DNA of 64,000 nucleotides from an uncultured Gammaproteobacteria bacterium (GTDB taxonomy: Bacteria > Patescibacteriota > Patescibacteriia > UBA1558 > 2-01-FULL-52-15), in assembly GCA_964402565.1 (NCBI GenBank), contig CAYOCJ010000002.1, positions 170,982-234,981 of the forward strand, written 5' to 3'. The notes beneath the pieces were generated by a model. It made no database searches and was not told the origin of the DNA. It saw only the letters and a program-made list of their open reading frames with translations. Position numbers and translations under genes: made by a program. Each line of letters opens with the position of its first letter. The first letter of the stretch is position 1. This document shows, in pieces, positions 39,360 to 48,736 of this stretch.

Positions 39360-39761
39360 ATGTTTTTCGCCATGGTGATTGGCAGCATCGGTGCCGGACT
39401 TCTGGGTTCGCTGTTTTGGACGCTCATCATGCTCGCAGCCGGCTTCTGGGAAATGTACAGGTACAAAGAGAAGTGGGACTACGAGATGACGATCCTGGTA
39501 TCTGCCATAGCTTTCAGCATCGTGGTCGGAAGCGCCTTGACTTGGACTTCATTACAGCTCGTGCCTTCTGCTTTGAACCGTCCGGCGAATGAAATGGGCG
39601 GCTCAGATTTGCTGGTGAGCCTCGTAGCCGGATTTGGCAGCTGGTACCTCTTTTTCAACACGAAGAACAGGATCGAAGACTACTTCGAGTATGTCTATAA
39701 GCCCCAGCAAGAGCGAAAAGCAAAGGCGATCCGTGAGGGCCTGATCTCGCGAGAACATTGA
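39360..39761 (+). CDS. Hypothetical membrane protein
   Basis: SD aggaggagg, upstream TTGACA-17-TATACC, three TM segments, hairpin at 39767-39792. Confidence 0.7.
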   Translation: MFFAMVIGSIGAGLLGSLFWTLIMLAAGFWEMYRYKEKWDYEMTILVSAIAFSIVVGSALTWTSLQLVPSALNRPANEMGGSDLLVSLVAGFGSWYLFFNTKNRIEDYFEYVYKPQQERKAKAIREGLISREH

Positions 39762-39902
39762 CTGCTAAGTCCACCCCTAAAAAGGTGGACTTGTCATTTA
39801 GATGAATGATATAGGTTGACACAATCGTAAATATTTGGTATAAGTATTTGTTTTCTAAAACATCAACGTTTCATCTTTTGGCGCTTGCGCCAAGGAGGAA
39901 TT

Positions 39903-40964
39903 GTGACGAAAGCAAGGTTCTTTTTCATCCTGATCCTGATCATCCTGATCTGGCCTCACCAGCAGGCTCTGGCTTCCGAGAATACGACAAAGACATGCCA
40001 CATCGGAGCGCATCCGATCAGCACCGAGCAGAAGTGGGATCCGAAAACGGAATACCTCGTGCCCATGACCGAGGCGACCTTCGTTCAGATGCTCGACTCC
40101 CGGAACGAAGAAGCTGACTGCCTACTCACCGCGCCGTATCACGTGGTAGCGTCTCTCAAGGACGGCCGCTGGCTCCGAGTGCTCGAGTGTTCGAATACTT
40201 TGGTTGGTCAGCCGCATTTCTCGGAGATTCCAAAACCTCCGGAAACTGAAAACACGCCGTCAATCCTCAAGCTGGTTCCTACAGAAGAGACCGGCAGCAT
40301 CGTGATCAAGACGGACTCCGAGCCTTCCACGATTTTGAAGAAGACCGATGTCTACCCGTTCATCGGGCCGAGCGTCTGGTCATTGCCAGGTGCAGGCATC
40401 GAGGGTGGCGTGGAGGTCAATTACCGACATCTGCTCTTTGGAGGCGTCTTTCTCCATCACGAGTCAGGCGCGCATCTGCAAGATGCGAGCGAGTCAGCGT
40501 GCTGGGATAGCGCTGCTATGGGATGTGGCGGCAAGATCGCGCCGTATTGGCCGTGCCTGGTCGCTGATTTCAACCACCGAGCTTTCAAGTCCTCATTTGG
40601 TTGGGGAGTGGAACTCGGATTTCGGGAGCGGTTCACGGGCAATAGGTCCAGAAGCCGTTTTGCGCTCGGCCCGGAGATCGGGCACATTGCATACGGCAGC
40701 GACTTCAACCGGGGTCAGCTGATCAACATGGTCGGCATCGGATTCTCCGTCGACCTCGAGGCAATGAACGACGTTGTCGATGACAGTATGATCGTCATTG
40801 GCATCGACCGTGTTCAACGGCCATCCGTGTCTGCAAGTACGCAGACCGTCGACGTCTGCTGGGCAGACTACGGCAACCAGTGCAAGAGCTTCTCGCACCA
40901 GTGGCCGGGAGTGTCTGCCAAGAACGAGCTTGTGCTCAAGGTTGCCTGGGATTTCTGGTTCTAG
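39903..40964 (+). CDS. Secreted protein with beta-barrel-like C-terminal region
   Basis: Promoter TTGACA-17-TATAAG (39816-39844), SD aggagga, GTG start, signal peptide, amphipathic beta strands, ends LKVAWDFWF. Confidence 0.7.
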   Translation: MTKARFFFILILIILIWPHQQALASENTTKTCHIGAHPISTEQKWDPKTEYLVPMTEATFVQMLDSRNEEADCLLTAPYHVVASLKDGRWLRVLECSNTLVGQPHFSEIPKPPETENTPSILKLVPTEETGSIVIKTDSEPSTILKKTDVYPFIGPSVWSLPGAGIEGGVEVNYRHLLFGGVFLHHESGAHLQDASESACWDSAAMGCGGKIAPYWPCLVADFNHRAFKSSFGWGVELGFRERFTGNRSRSRFALGPEIGHIAYGSDFNRGQLINMVGIGFSVDLEAMNDVVDDSMIVIGIDRVQRPSVSASTQTVDVCWADYGNQCKSFSHQWPGVSAKNELVLKVAWDFWF

Positions 40965-40985
40965 GTTCAGCATCAGGAAAAAACT

Positions 40986-41019
40986 GGCGAGGTCGCTTGC
41001 GGCCTCGCCTTTTTCTTTT
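40986..41019 (+). terminator. Rho-independent terminator
   Basis: ggcgagg...cctcgcc followed by a T-run. Confidence 0.75.
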
Positions 41020-41083
41020 CTCTGTTGACGAAAATGATATGGAGGGGTAAGGTCTTTGGTCACGTTCATTCCAACTTGCGCGC

Positions 41084-41668
41084 TTGCGCATTGAGGTGCA
41101 TATGCAAGGAAAGGTTCGAAACTTTTGTTTCTTTTTCGGATTCATCATGTTCTTGTGCGGATCTGCTCCGACGCATCTCGAAGCATACAGTGAGATGTGC
41201 GTGGCTATCCTCACTGTCCTCCTGGCTTTCTCGATCCTCTATACGAAGTCTCCACTGTTCGTACTGCCGTGCTTGCCTGCGGCTACGTACGCTCTGGGAT
41301 GCTGCATGCGCAGTGATGCACCTTTCAGTCTTCATCGATGCCTCGTCGGCACCGGATTCATTCTTGTCGGTTCACTGACGATTAGCTCCTTGCTCCGCAG
41401 ATACGCGGACGTCGATGTTACTGATTACTCGCCTCCGATGCCCCGTATCATTGTCGAGCATGTTGCCAAGGCGGTCTTCGAAGGAAATCCAGGTTATTAC
41501 CATGCTCGGCTCGAGGACTCATACCTGAATACAGGTCCTTGCGCAACCGAAACGCAAGCGCTTAACGAACTGTTTGCGATGCTCGAGGATGCGGGAAAAT
41601 CCACGAACAAAAAACATTACATAGTTATGATGCTTCAAGATGCATCACGCGATGAGAAAAACCAATGA
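41084..41668 (+). CDS. Hypothetical membrane protein
   Basis: N-terminal hydrophobic helices, soluble C-terminus, terminator gaccgtag...ctacggtc with T-run at 41667-41702. Confidence 0.6.
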   Translation: MRIEVHMQGKVRNFCFFFGFIMFLCGSAPTHLEAYSEMCVAILTVLLAFSILYTKSPLFVLPCLPAATYALGCCMRSDAPFSLHRCLVGTGFILVGSLTISSLLRRYADVDVTDYSPPMPRIIVEHVAKAVFEGNPGYYHARLEDSYLNTGPCATETQALNELFAMLEDAGKSTNKKHYIVMMLQDASRDEKNQ

Positions 41669-41746
41669 CCGTAGTTAGAGGACTACGGTCTTTTCTTTTT
41701 TTATGGTATACTTAAATGGTTCATTTTTTATTAATAAACATCAACT

Positions 41747-42541
41747 ATGGCAAAAAATAAACATATGGTGAACGCATCAGAGCACTATACTGTTGTTATT
41801 GCGCTCATGATATCCCTGGTTACTACATTCCTGCTCGGGTTTCTCATGACTGAAACCTTATGGGGCGGTGGTTTGCGATATTTTTCTAATATAGCGAGCG
41901 AAGGTAAAGCAAAGAAGTCGTATAATGACTATCTGAAAAGTTTGCAGGTTCAGGGTGCGAACGCTGCAGTTCTCTCGATTCCAAAAAAATATTATCGCGT
42001 TGATTTTGATGGCGTAGTCTCTGATCTTGGACCCGGAGTCCTATTATTCAATGCGATGAATAGGGGGGCATCAGTTACTGGGACGTATTATTTTGGCATT
42101 CCAGCGAATGACCTGCTGCCGGAGAACTTTACGGTAGGGCACTATGTGTCCAATTTGCCTTATGTGGTAAATGTGGCTGATTACGTTTTTAGAAATACCG
42201 GTCAATATGATACATGGGTTTGGAATGCAACGCCTGGAGAAGGAGTGACGATACCGGATTCATATAAGACTATCGAAACAAGTGTTTCAGGTATAGACAA
42301 TACGCCTGGCACTGCAGGCACTCCTTCGACTCCGATCTCCAGCATTGAGTTCAACCTGAATTTTACATCTCAATCAGCTCTTACTACTGACGGGCTGCCA
42401 ACATCCTATTCTCCAAATCCGTACAATGAAATGAAGGTTCATGTCGTTCCGGCCATGGGCGCAGATATAACAGCGACCATTAATCGCATCACCATTACAC
42501 CCGCGCCACAGCCTGCAGTGATAACACGTACGGCTGAGTAA
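41747..42541 (+). CDS. Membrane-anchored hypothetical protein
   Basis: Single N-terminal TM and a beta-rich extracellular domain. Confidence 0.7.
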   Translation: MAKNKHMVNASEHYTVVIALMISLVTTFLLGFLMTETLWGGGLRYFSNIASEGKAKKSYNDYLKSLQVQGANAAVLSIPKKYYRVDFDGVVSDLGPGVLLFNAMNRGASVTGTYYFGIPANDLLPENFTVGHYVSNLPYVVNVADYVFRNTGQYDTWVWNATPGEGVTIPDSYKTIETSVSGIDNTPGTAGTPSTPISSIEFNLNFTSQSALTTDGLPTSYSPNPYNEMKVHVVPAMGADITATINRITITPAPQPAVITRTAE

Positions 42542-42563
42542 GCTGACAATGAATAGGTAACAA

Positions 42564-42589
42564 AAACATCCTGCGCATGCAGGATGTTT
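42564..42589. terminator. Bidirectional terminator
   Basis: aaacatcctgc-gcat-gcaggatgttt between convergent genes. Confidence 0.7.
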
Positions 42590-42654
42590 GGTTATATGAC
42601 AACGATTCAGAGGCAATACGTGATTGTACGGAGCTAGATTGCAATGCGAGCTAG

Positions 42655-42978
42655 TTATCCAAGTATTATGAGCCCGAAAGCGCCGAGTATGAAAAACAGA
42701 ACGAGAAAAACGAGCGTATAGAGCGTAAGCGTGACTGCATCCTTCTTGGCTCCGCCCATGAATAGTGTTATCGGCTTTGCTAGAATTAAGAGTCCTGATA
42801 TCAATGCAGATATGACAAACAGGAGCAACATGACCACAGGAATCAGGATAGAAGGCTCCTTTACTTCACCAAAAAGTGCTTTTGTGTTGATCATAAAAAG
42901 TGCCACCAGCAGAATGTAGGCAACTTCGCCAAGTGCATTGAGAAAGGCAATTTGTGTAAGTGATTTTTTCATGAGCAT
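42655..42978 (-). CDS. Small three-TM membrane protein
   Basis: Hydrophobic 107-aa ORF with LLLFVISALISGLLILAKP. Confidence 0.7.
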   Translation of the reverse strand: MLMKKSLTQIAFLNALGEVAYILLVALFMINTKALFGEVKEPSILIPVVMLLLFVISALISGLLILAKPITLFMGGAKKDAVTLTLYTLVFLVLFFILGAFGLIILG

Positions 42979-43053
42979 TTTTTAAGTATTCTCTATAGCT
43001 AACGTAACTCATTTTGATTAATGGGGCAATAGCCGCATGTATTGGTCATTGGA

Positions 43054-44094
43054 TTATGCTGCGTTCAGCGCTGCTCTGGTTTTTGGCCCGACATTGCCGA
43101 CCTGTTCTATGCCGTATGCTTTCTGGAATTTCAGAACGGCAGTCCGTGTTGCATCACCGAAGTAGCCGGTGATCGTCGGGTAGGTGAAAAAACCTAATCT
43201 TTTTAAAATACTTTGCAGGATAACGACTTGAGGTCCTTTTGACCCGAGACGCAGGTCAAGCGTGATAGCTTCAGTTGGGGCATACGCAGTACTCGATGTC
43301 GTCGCGATCGGTTTTCCATTTCTTTGAAACACTATCGTGGGTGATAATTCTATAGGCACGCCGGTTCTGTAGGCCTCGCTTGTCGGAATTGTTTTTACAG
43401 TGCTGAGAGAATAACCGATCGCTTGCGCAGTAGCTTCATTGGCGATCGCATATTTCACATTGTCAGCGAGAAGATATACTGTTGCATCGCCTGGATATTT
43501 GATCAGCGTCCCTTCAGGTATGATGCGTACGGTTTGCTGAGGCGCGTGTGGTTTGGTGGCTGCAACCAAACTTTCATACGGATCGATCGGCGTTCCATTC
43601 GGTGTATGTATTTCGAAATGCAAATGCGCGCCGACTGTCTCAGCATTTCCTGAGTCGCCTACCCATGCGATGACTTGTCCTGCCGTGACTTGTGCTCCGC
43701 GCTGAATGCCGGGCGCATAGGCATGCTCTGGTCCGCCATTCCCGTCATCGGTCCCAGGGTTATCATTGTTTAAATGCAGATAATGGTAGGTGTATCCTTC
43801 GCTGTCCTCTAAGGCGAGGTAGTATCCGTATGAAGGCTCTACCATCGGCGCAAAGGTGATCATGCCGTCTCTCACTGCGAGGACCGGCGTTAATTTTTTT
43901 GCAATGATGTCATTTCCTATATGGACGCGTCCGCCTGATCTTCCGTCACCGAAGTCATCAATGAAATGGTTATCGCCGTCGACCGGAAAAATGATCGGCC
44001 TCGTAAATCCGGCATGCGCTGGCGAAGCAATAAAAAAAGAGTGCAGAAGCAAGGATCCAGCACCGAATACCGCTAACATTTTGATACTGCGCAT
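43054..44094 (-). CDS. M23 peptidase with C-terminal peptidoglycan-binding domain
   Basis: HIGND (HxxxD), YLHL and HLHFE; PG-binding LRLGSKGPQVVILQ...GYFGDATRTAVLKFQ...VGPKTRAALN. Confidence 0.9.
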   Translation of the reverse strand: MRSIKMLAVFGAGSLLLHSFFIASPAHAGFTRPIIFPVDGDNHFIDDFGDGRSGGRVHIGNDIIAKKLTPVLAVRDGMITFAPMVEPSYGYYLALEDSEGYTYHYLHLNNDNPGTDDGNGGPEHAYAPGIQRGAQVTAGQVIAWVGDSGNAETVGAHLHFEIHTPNGTPIDPYESLVAATKPHAPQQTVRIIPEGTLIKYPGDATVYLLADNVKYAIANEATAQAIGYSLSTVKTIPTSEAYRTGVPIELSPTIVFQRNGKPIATTSSTAYAPTEAITLDLRLGSKGPQVVILQSILKRLGFFTYPTITGYFGDATRTAVLKFQKAYGIEQVGNVGPKTRAALNAA

Positions 44095-44147
44095 TGATTT
44101 TTATTGAAAGTCAAACTAGGTAAGCAGACGTCCAGAATTGCTCGTCC

Positions 44148-46106
44148 TTACACGGTATAAGGACGGGGTCTTTGGAGCCGAATAGGTCGCGTTTCGCCAT
44201 CAGGCGGCCAAAACTGGTTTTTGTAAGCACGAGGAATTCGCGTGCCGAGTGCTATGAAGCTTATGATCAGCAACACATCAATGACACCCAGAGCGGGCAG
44301 TCGATGCGTCGATGCCAGCGTTGCCATATTGTCGTAGAGCGTACCAGGCAATTGTCTGTTAAATTCGTAACCTGCTACAACGACCTTATTGGATTTACCG
44401 AAGAGATCAGACAAAATTGATCTGAACGTAACTTGCTCCGAGAATGAGCGGATCTTTTTCTCCTCTGTTGGCATAATTGTTGGCGTCACAGCTGGCTGCG
44501 GATAAACGATTTTCTTTTTAACCGGAACAGCAATGTTCTTGGAGCCTTGTACTGCCGGTGCTGGCGCAGGCGTAGTCACGGTCGTTTGCGAAGGCTGGGC
44601 CGGCAGTTGATCGGCAACCGTTGATGCAGGCTGCGATGCCGGCGGAGTTACTGAGTTGTCGGCTGCTGGAGCAGCAGGAGGGGTTATGCTTGGCTGTGGC
44701 GCAGGTGGAGGGGTATTGTCCGTTGTACCAGCTGACGTAGGCGGTAATCCATTATTCGTTGAGGTAGGCGTACCGTCAGGCGGATTCGAGGGAGGTGGAG
44801 TCGGCGTCGGTGCTGGTGTCGGCGTTGGGCTTGGAGCTGGGTTCGGCGCAGGTGAAGGTGCTGGAGTTGGGCTCGGCGAAGGCGAAGGCGTTGGTGCTGG
44901 TGTAGGAGCTGGAGACGGAGTTGGAGATGGAGTTGGTGACGGGCTTGGAGTTGGTGTCGGGGCTGGCGGGACAGTTGTTAATTGATAGGCGAAAAATTGC
45001 GCCAAGAGCATACCGCGTGAATTCGCCTGGAACAACGAACCGACCTGATCAAGCACTCCTTCCTGGCTTCCGCCCCATGCGCCCCAGTAATCGAAACCAA
45101 CAAGAATATGTTCGTCGATCAATCGCTGCCACATGGTATACATGGCGGTCAAATAATCTTTTCTTTGCGCCTCAGGCACTGAGGCATCCCAGTAGTCGCC
45201 CCATTCTTGCAAGTAGATCTGCTTATTTCCGCGCTGGGTGTAAATTCTCCTCAGATCTGATTCCATCTCTTCAGGTGTATGCGTGATGCCATAGTGGTCT
45301 ATCACGATATAGCCGGCATTATTGATCACCGATGAATACATCCATCCGCTATTGATCTCAGAAAAATTCTGAGCGGTCAGCCCAGTCGTGACTTGTTTGC
45401 CAATGACCGCAAAGGCGGCATCGGATACTGTTTTGAGGTCAATGAAAAATTGCGCATAGTTCGCTTGCAGCCCGGCTCCCGTTGCCGGCAAGAATGAGGT
45501 GCTGTCGCTGAAGATCCCTTCAGTGCGTTCCGGCAAGGGTCCCCATATATCTCCATTACTGAAAAATGCAGGGTGGTCGATAATGTATTTATAGGTTTTC
45601 CCGAGCCACGTTGTGGTGCCATCGGCCGCAGCGCTTGCTGCAGTTCCTGCTGGGAAGCGATTGGTTCCTACCCTTTTTGGGAAGCTGTAAATACCCTCAA
45701 TGCCGCTCCAGGTGCCACGCCAGACGACTTTCGCTCCATGCGCATGGATAGAATCGCTCCACTTTTGCGTGAATGCTTCAGCTGTTCGCGGTGAAGGCGC
45801 ATTCGGGTAGTCGCCTGTGCTGTCCATTGGTATTGAGATAGCGATATATTCCGGTTTGATATCGCGCATGATAGCCGTTACGATCGCATCAATGGTCGCG
45901 TCACTTGGCTGATTGCTGACCGTATCCTTCGTCCATTTCATCACATCAACGCCGGCATAATTCAAACCATTGGGAGTTGCGGCAAAACCTGCAGCGAATG
46001 GATAGATGAGGTTTATGAGTATAAAAAAAACGGCAAGAGTGGCGAGTACCGTTCTGAGTTTGCGTGCAGCAGCTGACTGGAATTTGATTTTATCCAGAAG
46101 GATCAT
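44148..46106 (-). CDS. Surface glycoside hydrolase-like protein with Pro-rich linker and C-terminal TM
   Basis: N-terminal signal/TM, TIM-barrel-like IDHY...YLQEWG...GFDYWG, long (PT/PS/PA)n stalk. Confidence 0.6.
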   Translation of the reverse strand: MILLDKIKFQSAAARKLRTVLATLAVFFILINLIYPFAAGFAATPNGLNYAGVDVMKWTKDTVSNQPSDATIDAIVTAIMRDIKPEYIAISIPMDSTGDYPNAPSPRTAEAFTQKWSDSIHAHGAKVVWRGTWSGIEGIYSFPKRVGTNRFPAGTAASAAADGTTTWLGKTYKYIIDHPAFFSNGDIWGPLPERTEGIFSDSTSFLPATGAGLQANYAQFFIDLKTVSDAAFAVIGKQVTTGLTAQNFSEINSGWMYSSVINNAGYIVIDHYGITHTPEEMESDLRRIYTQRGNKQIYLQEWGDYWDASVPEAQRKDYLTAMYTMWQRLIDEHILVGFDYWGAWGGSQEGVLDQVGSLFQANSRGMLLAQFFAYQLTTVPPAPTPTPSPSPTPSPTPSPAPTPAPTPSPSPSPTPAPSPAPNPAPSPTPTPAPTPTPPPSNPPDGTPTSTNNGLPPTSAGTTDNTPPPAPQPSITPPAAPAADNSVTPPASQPASTVADQLPAQPSQTTVTTPAPAPAVQGSKNIAVPVKKKIVYPQPAVTPTIMPTEEKKIRSFSEQVTFRSILSDLFGKSNKVVVAGYEFNRQLPGTLYDNMATLASTHRLPALGVIDVLLIISFIALGTRIPRAYKNQFWPPDGETRPIRLQRPRPYTV

Positions 46107-46219
46107 AGTATGTTCTAACGAAAAAAGAGGATTCTCCTCTTTTACACCATCAGAAACAATTGCAATACAGTCATAGTATCACATTTTTTGATAAAAATCA
46201 AGTTTCAGGCCATCATTTT

Positions 46220-47239
46220 TCAAAAAGGCAAAGCGCGCCGCAGCTTACGGAGGCTTTCATAGCCGCCGTACCAGATCGGATTATAGATATAATCGAAGCA
46301 TCCGACTGATTCAGCGATGGTTCCGTTGAAGCCTTCTTTGAAACGGGTGATATTCGTGAATGAATCCTGGCTGCCATCAGATGGTGTGATGCCCCAGAAG
46401 TCATAATATTCCATCCCTGAGTCAATAGATTTTACGATGGCGTCCCATTGGAGCAAATAAGGAGCCATGAGGCTGCGGTATTCATAATTGAATCCGCCAT
46501 GGAGATAGGTCATCGTGGGGAATTGTGCAATGTACAGGTTTGCAGCGATCGGGATTTGCTGATGGTATGCGATGGCGACCCAGACGATATTTTTTTCAGT
46601 ATCGGCCTCCAACATTTTCAAAAAATAACTCCGGTCATGAGATCGCAGCTTCTGCCGGCGATTGGTTTGTTCATAGATCGTGTAGAACTGTTTGATCGCA
46701 TGTTCATCCTGCGCCCAGGTGATCGTGACGCCCTTTTTTTCCGCGAGCCTGATATTATAGCGTGTTTTTTCTTTGAACGTCATGATAAGATCTTCTTTCG
46801 GAACATCTAGCTTCAGATAGCTCGTGGCCATCGGCTGTATAGATGCCGATCTCTTCAGAGGAATACTCGGGATGACCGGCAGGAGTACATTCGGTTCGAG
46901 GCGGCAGAAAATTTCTTCGCGTCGGCGGGTCGCAATAGTGATGTCGCGCACCTGGCTCAGCATGAGTTCAAGTGCTTCGCGATACTGTTCTTCGCTTAAC
47001 CCAGGGAGGAACACCGGACCTTTCGGAGCATAGAGATAACTTTTTCCTAAGGGCAGGCCATTGGCATAGAGCAAACAATGAGCGATCAGATGATGATCAT
47101 CATCATAGACGTTCAGCTGCCAGTTTTTTTTATTACGCAGCGTGAGAAATCGCTTCCAGAATCTGCTCTGCAGAAAAGAGCTTAGTGGAAATTGTTCCAG
47201 GAACTCATCATAGTTGTGAGAATTGATCGTAACGTCCAT
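46220..47239 (-). CDS. FemAB/FemX peptidoglycan interpeptide-bridge transferase
   Basis: SFLQS..W, YAPKGP, KTRYNIRLAEKKGV, APYLLQW, YDFWG and FKEGFNG. Confidence 0.9.
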   Translation of the reverse strand: MDVTINSHNYDEFLEQFPLSSFLQSRFWKRFLTLRNKKNWQLNVYDDDHHLIAHCLLYANGLPLGKSYLYAPKGPVFLPGLSEEQYREALELMLSQVRDITIATRRREEIFCRLEPNVLLPVIPSIPLKRSASIQPMATSYLKLDVPKEDLIMTFKEKTRYNIRLAEKKGVTITWAQDEHAIKQFYTIYEQTNRRQKLRSHDRSYFLKMLEADTEKNIVWVAIAYHQQIPIAANLYIAQFPTMTYLHGGFNYEYRSLMAPYLLQWDAIVKSIDSGMEYYDFWGITPSDGSQDSFTNITRFKEGFNGTIAESVGCFDYIYNPIWYGGYESLRKLRRALPF

Positions 47240-47241
47240 AG

Positions 47242-47832
47242 CTATTGTGCCTTGCCTTGGCTGAGAATCCGCAGCGCTTCTTTGATTTTATCCGAAAGTT
47301 CGACTGCTTCAGGAGGTATGATCCGCAGCGCTTTGCGGATCTCATTTTCTTTATAGCCAAGCGACATCAGCGCATCCATGAGCTGTACGTTCTCTGTGAT
47401 CGATAGCCCCGCCTTCTCTTCCTGGCTGGTCACCGTAATTTTTTCTTTCAATTCAACGATGATGCGTTCTGCAGTTTTTTTGCCGATATTCGAAACTTTC
47501 TGCAATAAACCCGGATCGCCGTGAATGATCGCCTTTTTGATATCCGAGAGCGGCGCAACGGAAAGTACGCCGAGGGCGCTTTTTGGCCCTACGCCTGAGA
47601 TGCCTATCAAGCGCTCAAAAAAATCTAATTCGTCGAGATTGGGAAACCCATAGAGCTCGATCGCATCTTCCCGGACATGCGTGTAAATAAAAAAAGCGAA
47701 CTCCTGTCCGACGCTGACCGCTTCGAGCATTTGTCCGGTGGTGTAGATGCGGTAACCTGTGGCATCATCGACAACCAGAATGACATAACGCTCTTTTTTC
47801 GCGAGGATCGTTCCTTTCAGATAGCTTATCAT
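47242..47832 (-). CDS. ruvA: Holliday junction branch migration protein RuvA
   Basis: MISYLKG, HVREDAIELYGF, ISGVGPKSA, IGKKTAERIIVELK and ALMSLGY. Confidence 0.96.
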   Translation of the reverse strand: MISYLKGTILAKKERYVILVVDDATGYRIYTTGQMLEAVSVGQEFAFFIYTHVREDAIELYGFPNLDELDFFERLIGISGVGPKSALGVLSVAPLSDIKKAIIHGDPGLLQKVSNIGKKTAERIIVELKEKITVTSQEEKAGLSITENVQLMDALMSLGYKENEIRKALRIIPPEAVELSDKIKEALRILSQGKAQ

Positions 47833-47884
47833 AGCATAATGTAACCACTGTTGAGCGGAAAAATCAATTCTTTTATGCTGTTCT

Positions 47885-48655
47885 TTATTTTATAGAACCG
47901 CGATAAACGCGCATGGTGTCCAATGATCCCTGGAAAAGTGCTCCAGTTGGGGTTCCTCCGGCATTATTACTTTGGAAAGTAGGGTTTGCATTCGATAAAG
48001 TCGAATTTTTACTGAGTGTAATGTCAACCGGGGTCATTTTTGTACCATCAAAATATGCTGTAGCATTGGATGACCGAACAGCGGTGATCACAATAAAGTG
48101 CCAATTCCCATCATTAACTAACCCCACAGGCACGACTGGATATTCTCTGGTAGTACCGACTCCATCTGCTAAGCCCAAAAATAAACCACTATCGGTATTA
48201 TACCGCACGTACCAGAAATTATTATCAATAAGACCAGCTTTACCCGTTGGGATGACGCTTGTTTTCATCCAAAATGACACCGTGAAATCATCGAGGTCTA
48301 TTTGGTAATCAGTAGTGCCGGCATTGATCCATGCACCAGGGACAAAAGAATAGCATGCACCGCTTACGCAGTTATCAGCGGTAGCAAATGAGCCGCCTGC
48401 GCCTAATGCAAAGCCATTATGGCCGTAACCGGATGTGTCTGCAAAGTTATTGTCGAATTTCCATTCTGCAAGCAGGTCTGCACCGAGCGCCCGATAGACC
48501 GATGTTTCGAAGCTTTTTACAGCAACGGTCCGAGCTTTTTGTTTTGCTGAACTGAGGTTTACTATAGCTATGGATGCCAGAAGTCCGATGATTGCGATTA
48601 CCACGAGCATTTCGATCAGCGTGAAAGCCCGCTTGTTTCTCATGAGGATATGCAT
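47885..48655 (-). CDS. Prepilin-type protein with LamG/concanavalin-like domain
   Basis: A/FTLIEMLVVIAIIGLLA; EWKFD...DTSG, FTVSFW, DGNWHFI and FQGSLD. Confidence 0.88.
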   Translation of the reverse strand: MHILMRNKRAFTLIEMLVVIAIIGLLASIAIVNLSSAKQKARTVAVKSFETSVYRALGADLLAEWKFDNNFADTSGYGHNGFALGAGGSFATADNCVSGACYSFVPGAWINAGTTDYQIDLDDFTVSFWMKTSVIPTGKAGLIDNNFWYVRYNTDSGLFLGLADGVGTTREYPVVPVGLVNDGNWHFIVITAVRSSNATAYFDGTKMTPVDITLSKNSTLSNANPTFQSNNAGGTPTGALFQGSLDTMRVYRGSIK

Positions 48656-48736
48656 GGAATAATTATAACATACTTGGGCTTATTTCATTGGAGTTGACGC
48701 TTAGTGTCAGAGTCTTTACAATGGTAGAATTCTTTT

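Noticed and set aside
44780-44975. Tandem short repeats resembling an array
   Set aside because: They encode the Pro-Thr/Ser/Ala linker of a surface protein; there is no constant repeat-spacer structure and no cas genes.
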